Shown: piece by piece, positions 10,464-23,184 of the stretch
Position numbering within the stretch: the stretch's first letter is position 1
Layout: the number at the start of each line of letters is the position of its first letter
Assembly (NCBI GenBank): GCA_031835245.2
Contig: JAVKOQ020000023.1
Location: forward strand, 310,001-349,517
Direction of reading: 5' to 3'
DNA length: 39,517 nucleotides
From: Balamuthia mandrillaris
Taxonomy: Eukaryota
Made by a program: the position numbers and the translations under genes
The notes under the pieces: model-generated
What the model saw: only the letters and a program-made list of their open reading frames with translations
What the model was told of the DNA's origin: nothing
Databases searched by the model: none

Positions 10464-13400
10464 AATCCTCTTTCACTCGCCCTCTCTTCCTCTTTCTCAC
10501 TTCTCTTGTTGTTATGGCTTGGAAGCAAGTTGAGCAGTCATAGTGAAACATTTTCTTTTGTGTTGACGGAGGCGGATGGCTCTCGCCAGTTTGGCTACTG
10601 TCGTAGGATGAAAGCGCCAGACCCCAAACGCAAAACCGGATATGTTCTCGAATGCTTTTGCATTCTTAGCCTTCAGTTCGTATCCATTCTTTCCTGTTTC
10701 TTGCTTTGATTCCATGCGTCCTTTTGTCCTTTCGTTCTTTGTTTCGTATTCTACTCTGTTTCGTTATGTTGTCCATGATGAAAAGCGAAACTGTGATCAT
10801 CACTCATTTCGAAATGATGAACTTTGTTTCTATAATTTGTCACTACCACTGAGACTACATCTTCTTTTCTCATCTTCTTTCTTCTCGTTTCGTTCTTTTT
10901 CCATCCTATTTCTTTTCGGACGATTACTTACACAATAATGGCTATTGCAGTTCTCAGTTCTCATTATTTAGACAGATATTGGACATAGTGGAAGATAGAA
11001 GAAGAGCATCAAACACAGGTGCCTTCACATTTCTTAAATCAGTCTTGACACATGAGTTTCCACAGCCAGGTGAGCGCATTGTAGTCAATACCTTCTCTCT
11101 GAGGAAAGGCGTAGACAGGGAGGAATATCCACTCGTGCGCTCATTGAGAACTGAGTTTGATTATCTTGACTATGTACACGCACACACACACACACACTCT
11201 CTCTCTCTTCCCTTCCTCCCTCCTGTCTTTTGATTCCTCTGTTCTCTATTCTCGCGCTTTGTCTCTGGCCCTCTCTCGACATTTTATTACTTTATCCCTT
11301 CTGATAATGGCTCTTTAATGCACAGGTTTCATTTGCAACGTTGTTTAGATTAGTTCCAGTGAACAAAATTATTGACCTCGTCAGTCATTTGTTGTTGGAA
11401 CGTCGTTGCATCATCGCTGCAAAGCACTTGGGCACGCTGTCTACCTGCATAAATGCTATTGGGGCTCTATTGTATCCTTTCAGTTGGCAACATGTCTTCA
11501 TTCCAGTTCTACCGCAATCGTTGCTGGATTACTGCAGCGCTCCGATGCCCTTTTTATTGGGTATTCTTGACAGTTCTTTGCCTCTCTTGAAGAAACTTCC
11601 AATGGAAGAGGTTAATCTTTCTTTCTTGTCGTTTCTTTCGTTTTTCTCTGCTCGGAATTGATGTTAATATTCAAAAAATGAATGAAGGTGGTTGTATTGA
11701 ATGTTGATCGAGGCAGCTTTATAATGGATCCAGGTTTTCCCAACATGTTGCCTCCAGAGCTTTCCAAGCAGCTGGACTCAGACTTGCGCACATTGGTTTC
11801 AACAAGCAGTAAGTTTGGCTCCATTTTTTTTTCTTTTGTATTATACATCCTCAAATATCGTTAACGTCATACTCTGTGCTGCGATTAACTAGAGGGAAGA
11901 GCTTTCGACCTCGGTGTAGGACGTGCCTTTGTTAAGTTCTTTAGAGGAATATTTGGGAGTTACAAAAATTACTTTCGGCAACACAAGTTCGACTTGGAAG
12001 CATTTATCAATGCCCAACCAGCTGAACACAAAGAATTTTTGATGGCACTCGAAGGTAGTCAGATGTGGCAAAGCTTTTTAGCGGAGAGAGAGACAGCCGA
12101 ACGACGTGGCAAACTGATGGAGGAGTGCATTTTATTACAGCAAGAGACAACAGAGCTGTCGAAACTCAATTCTTGTAATTTTGAACAACCTGCAGTATTT
12201 CAAATCTGTACTAACTGTGGGGCTGACGTGGAAGATGGAACTGAAGGTTGGTTCATTCCTTTATTCCCCTCTCCCATTTCCTCTCAAACTAAGAGATCTT
12301 TCGTTTTTTATGTAATCTCAAAACAGACAAGCATGGTAATCCAATGTGTGGGCAATGTATGGAGGTGAAGAACAAACGTGGAGTTGGAGGGTGGCTAAAG
12401 ATGATGCGAGGAGGTAACCTTCCCCTTCTGCTTATAGCTCCTTGTCTCTAGAACTCATACTAACTAAATTAATGATAATTAATGCAGCACCTGAAGAGGA
12501 AAAAGAGCCAAAAGGTTCGAATCCACTGCGCCGAATGTTTAAAAAAGCGGATACAGATACTACCAACAACATTGCTCTCCCGTCGTCATCGTCGTCTTCT
12601 TCTTCACGAATACCCCGCGTTACTCCACTCGAAAACGCCAATTCTTCTGCTCCTGCTCCACAACAAAGAAAACCTTCTTCCTGGCTCAAACGCTCCTCTT
12701 CAGAGGAATTTACTCGTCAATCACCAACCTCAGATGCAACCTCTTCGCCCTCTTCATGTTCTTCATCTCAAAAAGCCACGAACGATGCGCCTACCAAACG
12801 GCCACTTGCTCTTAACCGCTCCGCAGAGCGAACAGTAACAGGTCCACCAAATCGTGTTACTAACGACGTTCCTCTTGCCGCTAAACCGTTGCCGCCGTTG
12901 CCTCGTTTCATAAATAACGATAATAATGCCCCATCCTATCGCGCCAGTCTCGCCACGAACGCATTCATCATGGCTGACAAAGGCGGAGCTCAGACTAACA
13001 GTATCCCTTCTGCTCCAGCACCTTCTCTTTCGTCTTCGCTTTTGCGCTCTTCGTCTTCATCCTCCTCATCCTCATCTCCATCCTCTTCATCTTCACTGAA
13101 AGCAACGGCAACCTCGTCACCATCTCCTATCAGTCTAATGAACCGGCCTTCTCCTTCAGCAACCGTTTCTGGGGCACCGCCTGCTCGTCCCCCGCGATCG
13201 GTCAGTCTCTATTTTCTGAACACAACTTTGTTTGTTTTACTCATTGCATTTGTACTTCCCTTAGCAGGACGCAGCTCGGGGTATAGCCATATCCTTGTCC
13301 CGTCCTTCTTCCGCTCCTTCATCAACTTCTCCATCATCGCCGTTAACTGCGTCCACACCTGTCCCCAATTTATCGTCTGCCTCTTCTTCTGCACGTTTTG

Positions 13401-14131
13401 TGTCTTCGCGACCGCCTGTTGCTTCTCGTTTACAGCGTCAACAACAACCAAGATCAAGTTCTCATCGAGATACCTTCACAAAACCCAAAACACCTGCTGC
13501 CACCACCACTCCAACCCAAGCGCCTTCCTCTTCCTCTACCAGAGTAAATCCTCTCACCCTTTTTATTCCCGGTTCTCTCTCTTCCTTGATTATTATTTCT
13601 TCGTTGTTATGACTGATTTGCAAACTTTAAACAGGCACCTGCTGCTTCAGTTGCTGGGGGTGGAGGAAGTGGAGAGGCGGCGGCAGAATCAGGAAGATGT
13701 GGGGGTTGTGGCAAAGACGTGGATCGCCTGATGGAAGCAGCGGTATTGGCGCTGGGCCTGATGTGGCACTGTGGCTGCTTCAAGTGTGACCACTGCAAAG
13801 AGGCGTTTGGTATGCAAGCTCTGAAGTATGTACAGCGGCAAGGCAAAGCTTACCATTCTGCTTGCGTGCAATTGGCATTTCCGCCTCGCCTCTGCGCCAC
13901 TTGTCAAACTCCTTTACGTACGTTTTGTTTCTTTGCTTACTCATTTCTTTCACTCACTTTTTTTTTACTTTTTGCAATTTTACAACAGAAGGAAGATGCG
14001 TGAACGCAGAAGGTGCACAGTATCATGCCCGTTGCTTCGTATGCGATGAATGCCGTCGGCCTCTAACTGTTGGATATGCACAAGTGGAATCACGAAGACT
14101 TTGTAATGGCTGCTCGTTGCTGTCTTCTTGA
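10067..14131 (+). CDS. DENN-domain Rab GEF (DENND1/2-like) with an internal Zn finger, a Ser/Pro-rich linker and two C-terminal LIM domains
   Basis: uDENN IFEYVLVI, RFCFP, ETFSFVLTEADGSRQFGYCRR. cDENN LLLERRCII..LLYPFSWQHVFIPVLP..CSAPMPFLLG. dDENN FLMALEGSQMWQSF. LIM domains CGGC..WHCGCFKCDHC..YHSAC and CATC..YHARCFVCDEC..LCNGC. Confidence 0.9.
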
Positions 14132-14204
14132 AAAGGGGAAAATTTGTTGTAGATCAGTATGAACTAGAAGAGCATGAATGCTGCAAGATCTGACATGACG
14201 ATAA

Positions 14205-14524
14205 TCACGAAGACGATGAAGAATAGCACCCGTTGCACACGCGGACCGGCTTTCGTGATCCGAGTACGGAAGGCAGTGCCATTTTGTTCAACGAGCAGCT
14301 GCTACAAAAGATTAACCCACATTTCCTATTTATCATACGTTTGTTATTTAAAACATTTGAAATGAAGAATTGCCTGGAGCAGTTGTTTATTTCAACTTAC
14401 CTACAATGATGCTAGTTGGACGCAGCAAAAAATGTGAGTAGGAGTAGGGAGAGAAGAAAGAGAGGGAGAGAGATGCGGGTGGAGAGAGATGCAAACGAGC
14501 AAAGAAAAAAGAGCAAAGAAAGAA

Positions 14525-14575
<51 letters not shown>

Positions 14576-15827
14576 CTAACCCTTCTGTTTGTAAGCGTAA
14601 AAACCGAGGTACATGCTGTACAATTTTGAGTGGAGCTATCGTCCACCCATTCTGGCGCCGTTAATTCAGACGTTGATACCTCACCTGAGATTAACGGTTT
14701 TATAAGGAGCTGCAATGACGTGATGATCGAGGATGTAGTGAGCAGGGAACAACGGACCTTGGCTGCTAGAAAGGTCGCTGCTACAACCATCGCCAGTAGA
14801 TGCGATGTAACGGCCGTGCTCGGCTATATTGATTGCCATCGAGTCAGTTTCAACTCTTAAAAGGGAACAAAAGTGGAGTACGGAACCGAGCCTGTTCATG
14901 ATGGCGGTCACACCAGCTCCCGATGAGGCAGAAGACTCGGAAAAACTGATGCCTTTAGAGGCAGCCAATTGACCAGCTTCCTGTTTTGGATGTGTGGGCA
15001 GTGATTTGCAAAGAAAAGGAAGTACGGAAGGAAACACAAAAGGCATACCTGCAATAATGGTTGCCGATGAGAGGAACTGCTCTGGTCACACTTGGTTGCT
15101 ATCTATTTCATTCATTGCGAGGAAGGTATCAATATGGAAGTTATTGTCTTAAGGAGATCTGGGAGCTTAGAAAGAACGCCACCAAGCAAAAAAAGAGAGC
15201 TTCCGGGCTAGCTGGACAGAGCTCTTCAACCCAAGTTTTTGCCCGCTCGAATGAATGCTTCGAAGTTTAAAAAAAAAACAAGAATAAGAATGAGATGGAA
15301 GCAGGCAGGAGGATGAAAGAGCAAAGCAGAGGGCTGCGTTACCAGTTCAGTAGAATCAAATAAGACGAGAATAGCATGCACTGCTGAAGAAAGAAGGGCA
15401 GCCATTTCGTTGAAGTGCTCGGCTCCAGCCACCTCCCTTTGAGAAGCAAAACAAAAAAAAAAATGGTGAGCGATTGAGAAGCAACAAAAGGACAAAGCTG
15501 TTTTCTGCACCAAAGCTCTAGCTCAACTTGCAGTTGGTCGCTCGATGACAGAGTAACTTGCTTCGCATGTCGAGCCACTGGCATGCGTGCGTGAACGTGT
15601 TCGTTAGGCAATACAAGCACGATATTGTGCAAGCGAGCGTGTTTGTACGTACCGCCTACGGTAGGTTGATCCAGGGAAGGGTTCCATGCGCCCGAGACGA
15701 GACGGCGAATAAAAGCACTTTTACCACTACCAATACTCCCTAATACCTGGTCAGACAAATTAGTCAACAAGCGAGGAGCCCCAAGCGAAGCCATTGGTAC
15801 CAGGATTCTAACAGATGAACGGCCCAT
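14205..15827 (-). CDS. Divergent Rab-like GTPase fused to a C-terminal FYVE finger (multi-exon)
   Basis: P-loop VLGSIGSGKS, G3-like W|EVAGAEHF, SFERAKTW, G5 ESSA. FYVE: WVDD..CTAC..RR|HHCR|KCGLIFCSSC..VRVCNGC, with stop at 14205. Confidence 0.85.
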
Positions 15828-16319
15828 TCCTCTCCTTGGTTGGCTGTCTTTTTGTTTTTGCTTGTTAATTAACACTTCTTGTAGACGACGTTTGCGCCCG
15901 AGGAGAGGCGCTCTCTCCTCTTCCCTGCTGCGGCCATGTGGCGAATGAACTTGGCTCCTACGCTACTACGTTTGTACAGCCGAATAAAGTCCAACATGGC
16001 AGCCCAATCCTCTTCAAGGGTCTATTGCTTTATGGGCCGAATATCGCGACACAAGATACGTCTAACCCCCTCGTGACAGCCTCCCAAACCAGGGTCGCCA
16101 GAGCGTGTCAGAGCAAACAAGATAAAGAAGGAGAAGAGAGCAGAAAGATAGCAGAGAGAGGAGAGAGAGAGAGAGAGAGAGAGAATAGAGAATATAGGAG
16201 GAAGAACAGAAGGGTGCACGGAGGCAGGAGAGAGCTTAAAAAACTGGGTCGAGGTCAAAAAATTTACTGGCGAAGCAAAGAGGGGTAAAGGAGTGTAAGG
16301 GAAAAAAACCGGCTAGCGT

Positions 16320-16667
16320 TTAATGATCCTGCATCAGTTTAGCCTAAAGTGGGAAGGTGAGTGAAGAGTTCACAAAAGAGACAACGGAGGAACAAAAAAA
16401 CAAAATAAATACCTCAACAGCAAGTTGCGTGCGGTACACAATTTGACGGGCCTCATAAAAGCGATCTGTGCACTTGAGAAGGCACTGCTGCTCAGCCTTT
16501 TGGAGCTGTCCGCTGGGCTTTGGAACGCAGGCTTCGAAACAACGATCACTAGCGACATCTACCATGTGAGCAAAGGTCTGACCCATGACCTGTTCTTTGA
16601 GTTTGTAAAAGGCGGCCGCTCTTTGCTCGTCCGTCATGTTGTCTACCGCAGCAGTAAGTCCGTCCAT
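16320..16667 (-). CDS. Small Tim chaperone (Tim8/Tim13-like, zf-Tim10_DDP); 2 exons
   Basis: Twin CX3C motif CFEAC...CLLKC followed by TDRF. An intron after AVE leads to the last exon AKLMQDH*. Confidence 0.9.
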
Positions 16668-17026
16668 GGTTGTCTATTGTTGTTGAAAATAGAACAGGTG
16701 CGGGTGAGCAAACGGAAAACAAAAAAGTTTCTTAGCGAAGAGCGCAGCGCCAACCCACCTCTTTCCTCTTTCCCCTTTGTTGTTGGTGATCTTTTTGTTT
16801 TCTTCTTTTTTTTGCCAGGAAGAGCGGAGTTTTGGCCCCTCTGGCAAAAGAAAGATCAATGACGTCATACAATTCGCCTGAGGGGCAGAATGTTTCGATA
16901 TCCAAATAAGGGCATATTAGTACGTTGGAAAGGCGTAGCAGCCCCCGCCGGGCGAACCTCATACGAAGAAGAAAAGGGAAGGCGGGGCAAGGCACAGCCG
17001 CACAACTAAGAGGTTCGAAGCAAAGC

Positions 17027-18857
17027 ATGGTGCGCATTTCCTCTCCCTCTCCACCTCGTCGATTCTGCCTTCTCTCATCTCATCGCACTCGCTCTCCCTT
17101 CTGTCTGCTTTTAGAGCGAGCCACCATCACCGGTGGCAACACAGCAGCCACAACTGTTTCGATGGGAACAGCAGTACAACGAGTACACCCTCCGTGGTGC
17201 CACACTCAGCGATAGTACGAAATCAATCCCTCCCTCCCCCCCCCCCCCTTTTTTTTTTGTGTTTGAAAGCTCTTTTCTTGGCTGATCGTGCGTAACATTT
17301 TTCTCGTCTGATTTTTCTCTCAACCTGAAGATCCTTCCTGCCCTCTACCCGACCTCTGGTTGTTGGGAGATGTTTCTGCGGTGCTAGGCCTTCGCAACCC
17401 AAGCGCCGTTAAGATACCAAGGCATCGCCACATCTTGCCCGGTCAGTCGCGTCGCTCCTCGGTCATGGTCACTACTCATGACCTGGTGGGCTACTTGCAC
17501 ACCTCGCTGAAGGACGAGTCCAAGGATTTGCTAGCTTGGATAAACTCCCGCTTTTCTGAACAACATGGACTTCCTCCTCAAGTATCTGAAGGGTCACAAC
17601 CACCTGCCATCCCTTCATCTTCTTCCTTAACTTCTCTCCCAGCATCTACCTCGACTGCTGCAGCTACAGCTTCTGTTTCCGCGCCGCCGCTTGCTGGAGA
17701 GAACCAAACCTCCACCTCTCCTCCCTCCACTCCTTTACTTTTCCGCTTCTATGTTCCCCCTGGAGGGAGCGCGAGTCCTACTGCCCACCGCTTGCCGCTT
17801 TCCTCAGCGACGGAGCCTCCCAAGAAGCGCATGCGCAGGAACTACCGTCAAAGCCTCGGTAAAAAGGGTAAAGCGGCTACACAAGAGCTTCCCTTTTACC
17901 TACCAAAACTCGAAGGCGAAAGTGCTCCATCCCCACGTTCTCGAAGGGCTAGCGCTACCTCGTCTCGAAAGAGCCTCACTGTCTCTTCTATCAAGACCGA
18001 CTTTGCTCTCCTCTGCTCAAAAGCCAAGAGCAAGGAGCTGGAGCTTAGTCAGGACAGTGTGGATGACCCTCACGTTCAGGCGTTGGCAGAGCTAGAGTCT
18101 CGGATGGAGGAGTTGTCGGCCTCTGTGGACCAACTGAAGCTGGTCGTAACTTTTTTTGGAGAGGAGGAAGCAGGAAAGACTTGGATGGCAAATGTTCTGC
18201 TTCAGCGCTTCGCCATGATGGGTGAGGAGCCGTCCCAGCAGGAAGAGGAAGCTATTTTGCCCAATGAGGAGGAACTCGGCCGATGGCCGCTTCCTTCCAT
18301 CAGCAGCGCCGAGTGCACATCTCCTTGGCCCGTGACGGTACGCCTCCAACCGATGAGAACTCCAGAGAGCATGCTTGGCAGAAACGAGGTGGTGCTCTAC
18401 CGAGAGCTCTGCTCCAAGGATGAGTTCCTCTTGCGAGTCAAACACGAGAAAGCAAGGTTTCCGTTGGACTTACAAACTTTCGGCTGCAAGCAAAACCCGG
18501 AAGATCGCAACATATGGCTAGACGAGTCTACTGAGATCGGCAAGGAAATAGCGTCTTACTTGGCGAAACGACAGAGCTTGATTCTGCTACGCGCCAGCGT
18601 TGAGACTCCAGACGAGGTCGTTTCAGTTTTGCGAGGTGAAGTGAAGAAGAGGTTGGAAGAATGCCGTCTCATGGACAGACATAACTATTGGAATCTGTTG
18701 ACACAAAAGTTTATCCTTGAGTTTCCTTGCAATGACCCTGCCTACGCCGGCTTTGAATTCAGAGACTGTCCTGGCTATGGAGGTACTGGCTGGCACTTGG
18801 AAAGACTGGTTAGTTGATCCTCTTCAACCCACCCCACAGTTTCTTACCTTTATTCCC

Positions 18858-18893
<36 letters not shown>

Positions 18894-21160
18894 CCCCTCC
18901 CTCCCTCTCTCATTAGAGCAACTTTTGCTTGGGTACCAATGTGGTATGTTTTGTGCCAAAAGACCTGCGTGGGCCACGCGACGACGCCCTCCGCCAACTT
19001 AGCAGACACCAACTCCTGTCTGAACTTAATTTGGACACCGATTCCCTTCCTCCTACTCTGATATTGTTGATCAACGCTACCAAAAGGGTTCCCACCCCAC
19101 GCCCTGACGCCACCCTGGACGGCGATGGTGAGCCCTTTGTCGACATAACGAGGAGACGGATGTTATTTGCCCTGGAGGGCAACAAATATGGTAGCGAAAT
19201 CAACAAGTTGTGGAATCATGAAAAAGAAGGTAGCTGATCTCTGCTTCTTTGCTTCGCTGCTTCTCTTTCTAATGTTACATATATATATCAATCGTTGTGA
19301 TCAAGAAATGCGTGACTACTTGGTGGATCTTACAATGCGCACTTTTGAAGTGTTGCCCTTCTATCCACGCACGATCAACAAAGTGAATGGGCGGCCTTTT
19401 ACGGCCTTTGTCCGACTTTTTGGAGTGCTCAACTCACAGCGTAAAATGATGACGGAAGTGAAGTGTAAGCCAGGTCTGCGCCAAGGCAGGCAGTGGTTGC
19501 ATCATGCCCGCCAAGCCCTCTTTGCATATGGCACCAAAGTTGTTACCAACGCAACAGACACTCCTATCAAGAATCAGTGGGCACAACTGAAGGAAGACTT
19601 CCTGAAGGCGAATCAGCGACAAGGCAAAGTCCGCCAGTACCAGCTCCGCCTGCAGAACCAATACATGAAGCAATTCAAACAAGCGTTGGAGTTCACCGAT
19701 GAGTGCACAAGAACCATATCCCAACGCCTAGAGCCCTTGCTGCAGATGGAGTTGTTCTCAAGGTATGGAGAAATGGTTGCCACCGAAAGCCCCGCAATTA
19801 AGCTCACGCAAATGGTGGGAATTCAACCTTGGCTGGGGATGGAACTGCGGAAAGAGGTGCTTGCGTTGATGAAAGAAAAACTGGAGGCGGTAGAACAACT
19901 GCGTTCCGTTGTTGTCCAGTCCCTCGATGAGCTGTTGGAATCGCTCTTTCCTTTGCTTAAAGAGCCGGAGGTAATTCTTGACTATTGTATTTGAGCTGGT
20001 TTTTTTTTTGTTTGTACGACGGCTTTTGTTTTTTTTTTTGACTTACCATGCTTCTCTTCCTGTTAAAAAGGTTTGCAGCATTTGGAAGAGATGGTTTCAT
20101 CAACTGCACGAAAGCATCGCGGAACAAGAAGATTCGGGATTTTTCGATCTCTCTGCTGGCATGGAGCAAACCATTCTAGCAGCCGAAAGTTCATTCCCAC
20201 TGTTCCTCGAACGTGTTCTTGCGGATCAAATCAACACATGCCCTCTTCGTGGTCACCGTTCTGTTGTGGACGAGCTCAGTGCCGTCATGAAAGCGGTCCT
20301 CCGTTGGTGCTTGTTGGACCGTTCGGGCATGAACCATTCGTTGAATGTGGTGATAGACTCGTTGCTAGTTGGCTACGAGCACCAGATTCGGGACCTTCTA
20401 CACTGCTTCAAGCCGCCCTTCCAAATGCTCCCCCACAATCTCTTCCCGGACGAAGGCTCTTTGGAAAACAAGCTGCAGGCACTAGAAGAGCTACATGGCG
20501 TGCTTGCTAAACACAACCTGACCACCTCCTTCTTAAAAATTAAGCGCGAGAACTATTCAATCGACAACGAGCGCTTGAACCGGATAAACACTCCTGTAGG
20601 GCTTCTCAAGAGCAAGCACGCTACTTGGGTGCGTTACAACAGCAACTTCAAACAAGATGAACCGCTTGGTCCTTCTTCCCTTATACTCGAGAGTGCCAGT
20701 TCTTCTTCAGATAGAGTAATTACCTGTCGAGACGCACTTGATGGTTCTTATCACTTTCTTCTGCCCCCCAACCTTCAAGCTAGATTGTCCGACCACGACT
20801 TGGGTGGTGCCGGCTCATCGGCCTCTTCATCATCCTCAGCCTCGTCATCCGCTTCTTCCTCAACATCAGCAATGGAGGTAGCAAACGAGCAAGCCTCACG
20901 CCCAGCTCCTTTGTTCGCTGTGATGATGTCTGTCGATAGCGTGGAGCAGCTCCGCGAACGGCTTGAAACGGAGGTCAAAGACAAGCCGGAATCCTCCGTC
21001 CCCTTTCTATTTATTGTTAGTTGGGTGGAAGACCTGCAAGCTATAATGAATCTATACGGTGCTGAGAGGGCTCCACAATCGTCGAGTTTGGATGCCAATA
21101 CCTACATTATTTTGATGCCTCCGCGCGTTCATCGGGATGATACAGAGACCGTTGCTGTAA

Positions 21161-21206
<46 letters not shown>

Positions 21207-22706
21207 GCTATCGCTATTTTTCTTTCTCTTTTTTACAACTTGTTTAACGTCCGCTATAAACAGGTTGTGAAGGCTTTCGCAGAGGCATTAAAGAGTGAAA
21301 ACTGCGATGTGCAACACTACTGGTTGATGATGCGCTCTGCGTGCCATATTCGGCAATATGATCCTCATACCTGCCAGATGGTTCCATCTACCCTCTTGAG
21401 AGCCTTTGACGAAGGAAGAAAGGTGTACGAACATCTGAGCGCCCAGTACCAACGAGCCTATCAAGAGTTTATCAGAAAGAACTGGCCAAGCTTTGACATG
21501 ATCAAAGATGAACAACGACAACGTTCGATGGATCTCATCCAAAGGGCTTGCAATAACGGTGAGTTCAATGTCGAAGCTCTACTGGAAACGCTGAAATCAG
21601 AGGAAGATGAACCAGTAGAGGAACGGAAGAAGGCGTTGCAGAAGTACCGTTGCGATCTGATGAGAAACCACGGCAGCTTCCGTATCGGCCCAATATGCAT
21701 CGCGGATCGTCAGAACGGCTCCAGCAGGTGGAACCAGGAAGCCCAAGGCACTTTCTTCCCCAGCAAGTATCCCACCAACTTAGTTCTCTTCAACACCAAT
21801 GCCATGAAGCACTATTCCATCCCACTACAGCAGAGAGCTTCTTCTTCGACTGGCCAACTCCAACCTTTGCATGACCTATTCCATCTCATGAGAAAAGATG
21901 GCAAATCTCCCATACTCTTGTTCAACTTCGAGTATTGGACTGTTCCTTCCGTCTACAACCCGCAAATTTTGGATGAACAACCACGCAAGAGCCTACGGTA
22001 CGCCTTGCCTCTCCATTGTCTGTTTTTCTTCTCTGCTTCTCTCTTTTGCGTATATTCCTAACCTTATAATTATCATCCAAAAAGACCTGTGCTGAACCCA
22101 CAAGAGCAACCATTGCCTACTTCCTTCAGCTCATCACCACCAACGCTCTCTGCATCTACTGGCGGAGAAGTACTGACTGGAATTCCTGAATTAGACCAGA
22201 TGGTTCTCTTCTTGCGTACCAAAGGAGTGGAACTTCATGACCCGGAAGGCGCGCCGTCTGACCGCCTCTACCGATGCTTGGCAATGCAACACTATGGCTT
22301 TGCATCAGCACATGACCTCCTGCGACAACGCTTAGCCACCTGCCTAGAAGAGAACGAAGCTGCATTTGGCAATCTGGTTAGGCTGGAACTACTGCAACAC
22401 AACTCAAACGGATCATTTTCTTGGTATGTGCAAGAGATGCGCAACAATCAAATTACTCCACCAGCAGAGCTCCTCTTTCTAGCCTTTACGCGTGCCTATA
22501 ATTGTGCCTTGGATCTCTACTGGGCCGATGAGCAGCATAGGCTGTGCTCGAAACGGTTTCACAATGGAATGGAAGAGGAGGAGGAGGAGGAGGAAGAGCT
22601 GGATGAGCAACAAGACACCTGTTCTTTAGCTTGGGTCATCACTAAGGACGGCCTCCATGGCTTCTTTTCCATTTCTGTGGTGCACTTTCCACAAGAAGAA
22701 GACTAG
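17027..22706 (+). CDS. Large multi-exon protein: Bro-N-like N-terminus, dynamin-superfamily GTPase, helical region, unknown domain, C-terminal OTU-like domain
   Basis: G1 FFGEEEAGKT, G2-like ECTS, G3 FRDCPG. OTU-like LYRCLAMQHYG..HDLLRQ..YVQEMR..ELLFLAFTRAY. Consecutive long + strand ORFs are separated by pyrimidine-rich GT-AG introns. The start ATG|GT at 17027 is tentative. Confidence 0.72.
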
Positions 22707-22844
22707 ATCACGCTCACTCAATGTGAAGCATTTCATGTCCTTTTTATACAATTTTTGAATACATAGCATTGTTTTGTATTTTTTCGCCATCAAAATTGTC
22801 TCTATAACTTTTTTTTCTTAGAAACAATTGAGAAAGGAGCCAGG

Positions 22845-23139
22845 ATGGAAGGGGAGAAGAGGCCGCTGAAGAGGAGGAAGAGAGACGAAGAAGAAGGAGA
22901 ACCAGTAGTACTTGCTCTGAAGTGCTGTCTTGGAGGAGGAGGAGGGGATGTAGCGTACGAAGCATTCGTGGTGGCATTACTACTCCCCGATGAAGTATGG
23001 CTTCACATATTTACGTTCCTGCAAGCAGGAGATCTCTGTTCCCTGGCGCAGACCTGCCACCGCTTCAACCTTCTCAGCCAAGACCAGTCCTTGTGGTACT
23101 CTATGTTTCGGAACGCCTTATTTCGCTACCCCAGTGCGT

Positions 23140-23184
<45 letters not shown>

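Noticed and set aside
15870..16290. ORF 15938-16288, a short minus-strand frame, or an ncRNA (CTAACCC at 16062 as a telomerase template)
   Set aside because: There is no recognisable motif and the ORF runs through a (GA)n tract. CTAACCCC lacks the 1.5-repeat template. The region is left unannotated, though a small spliced gene cannot be excluded.
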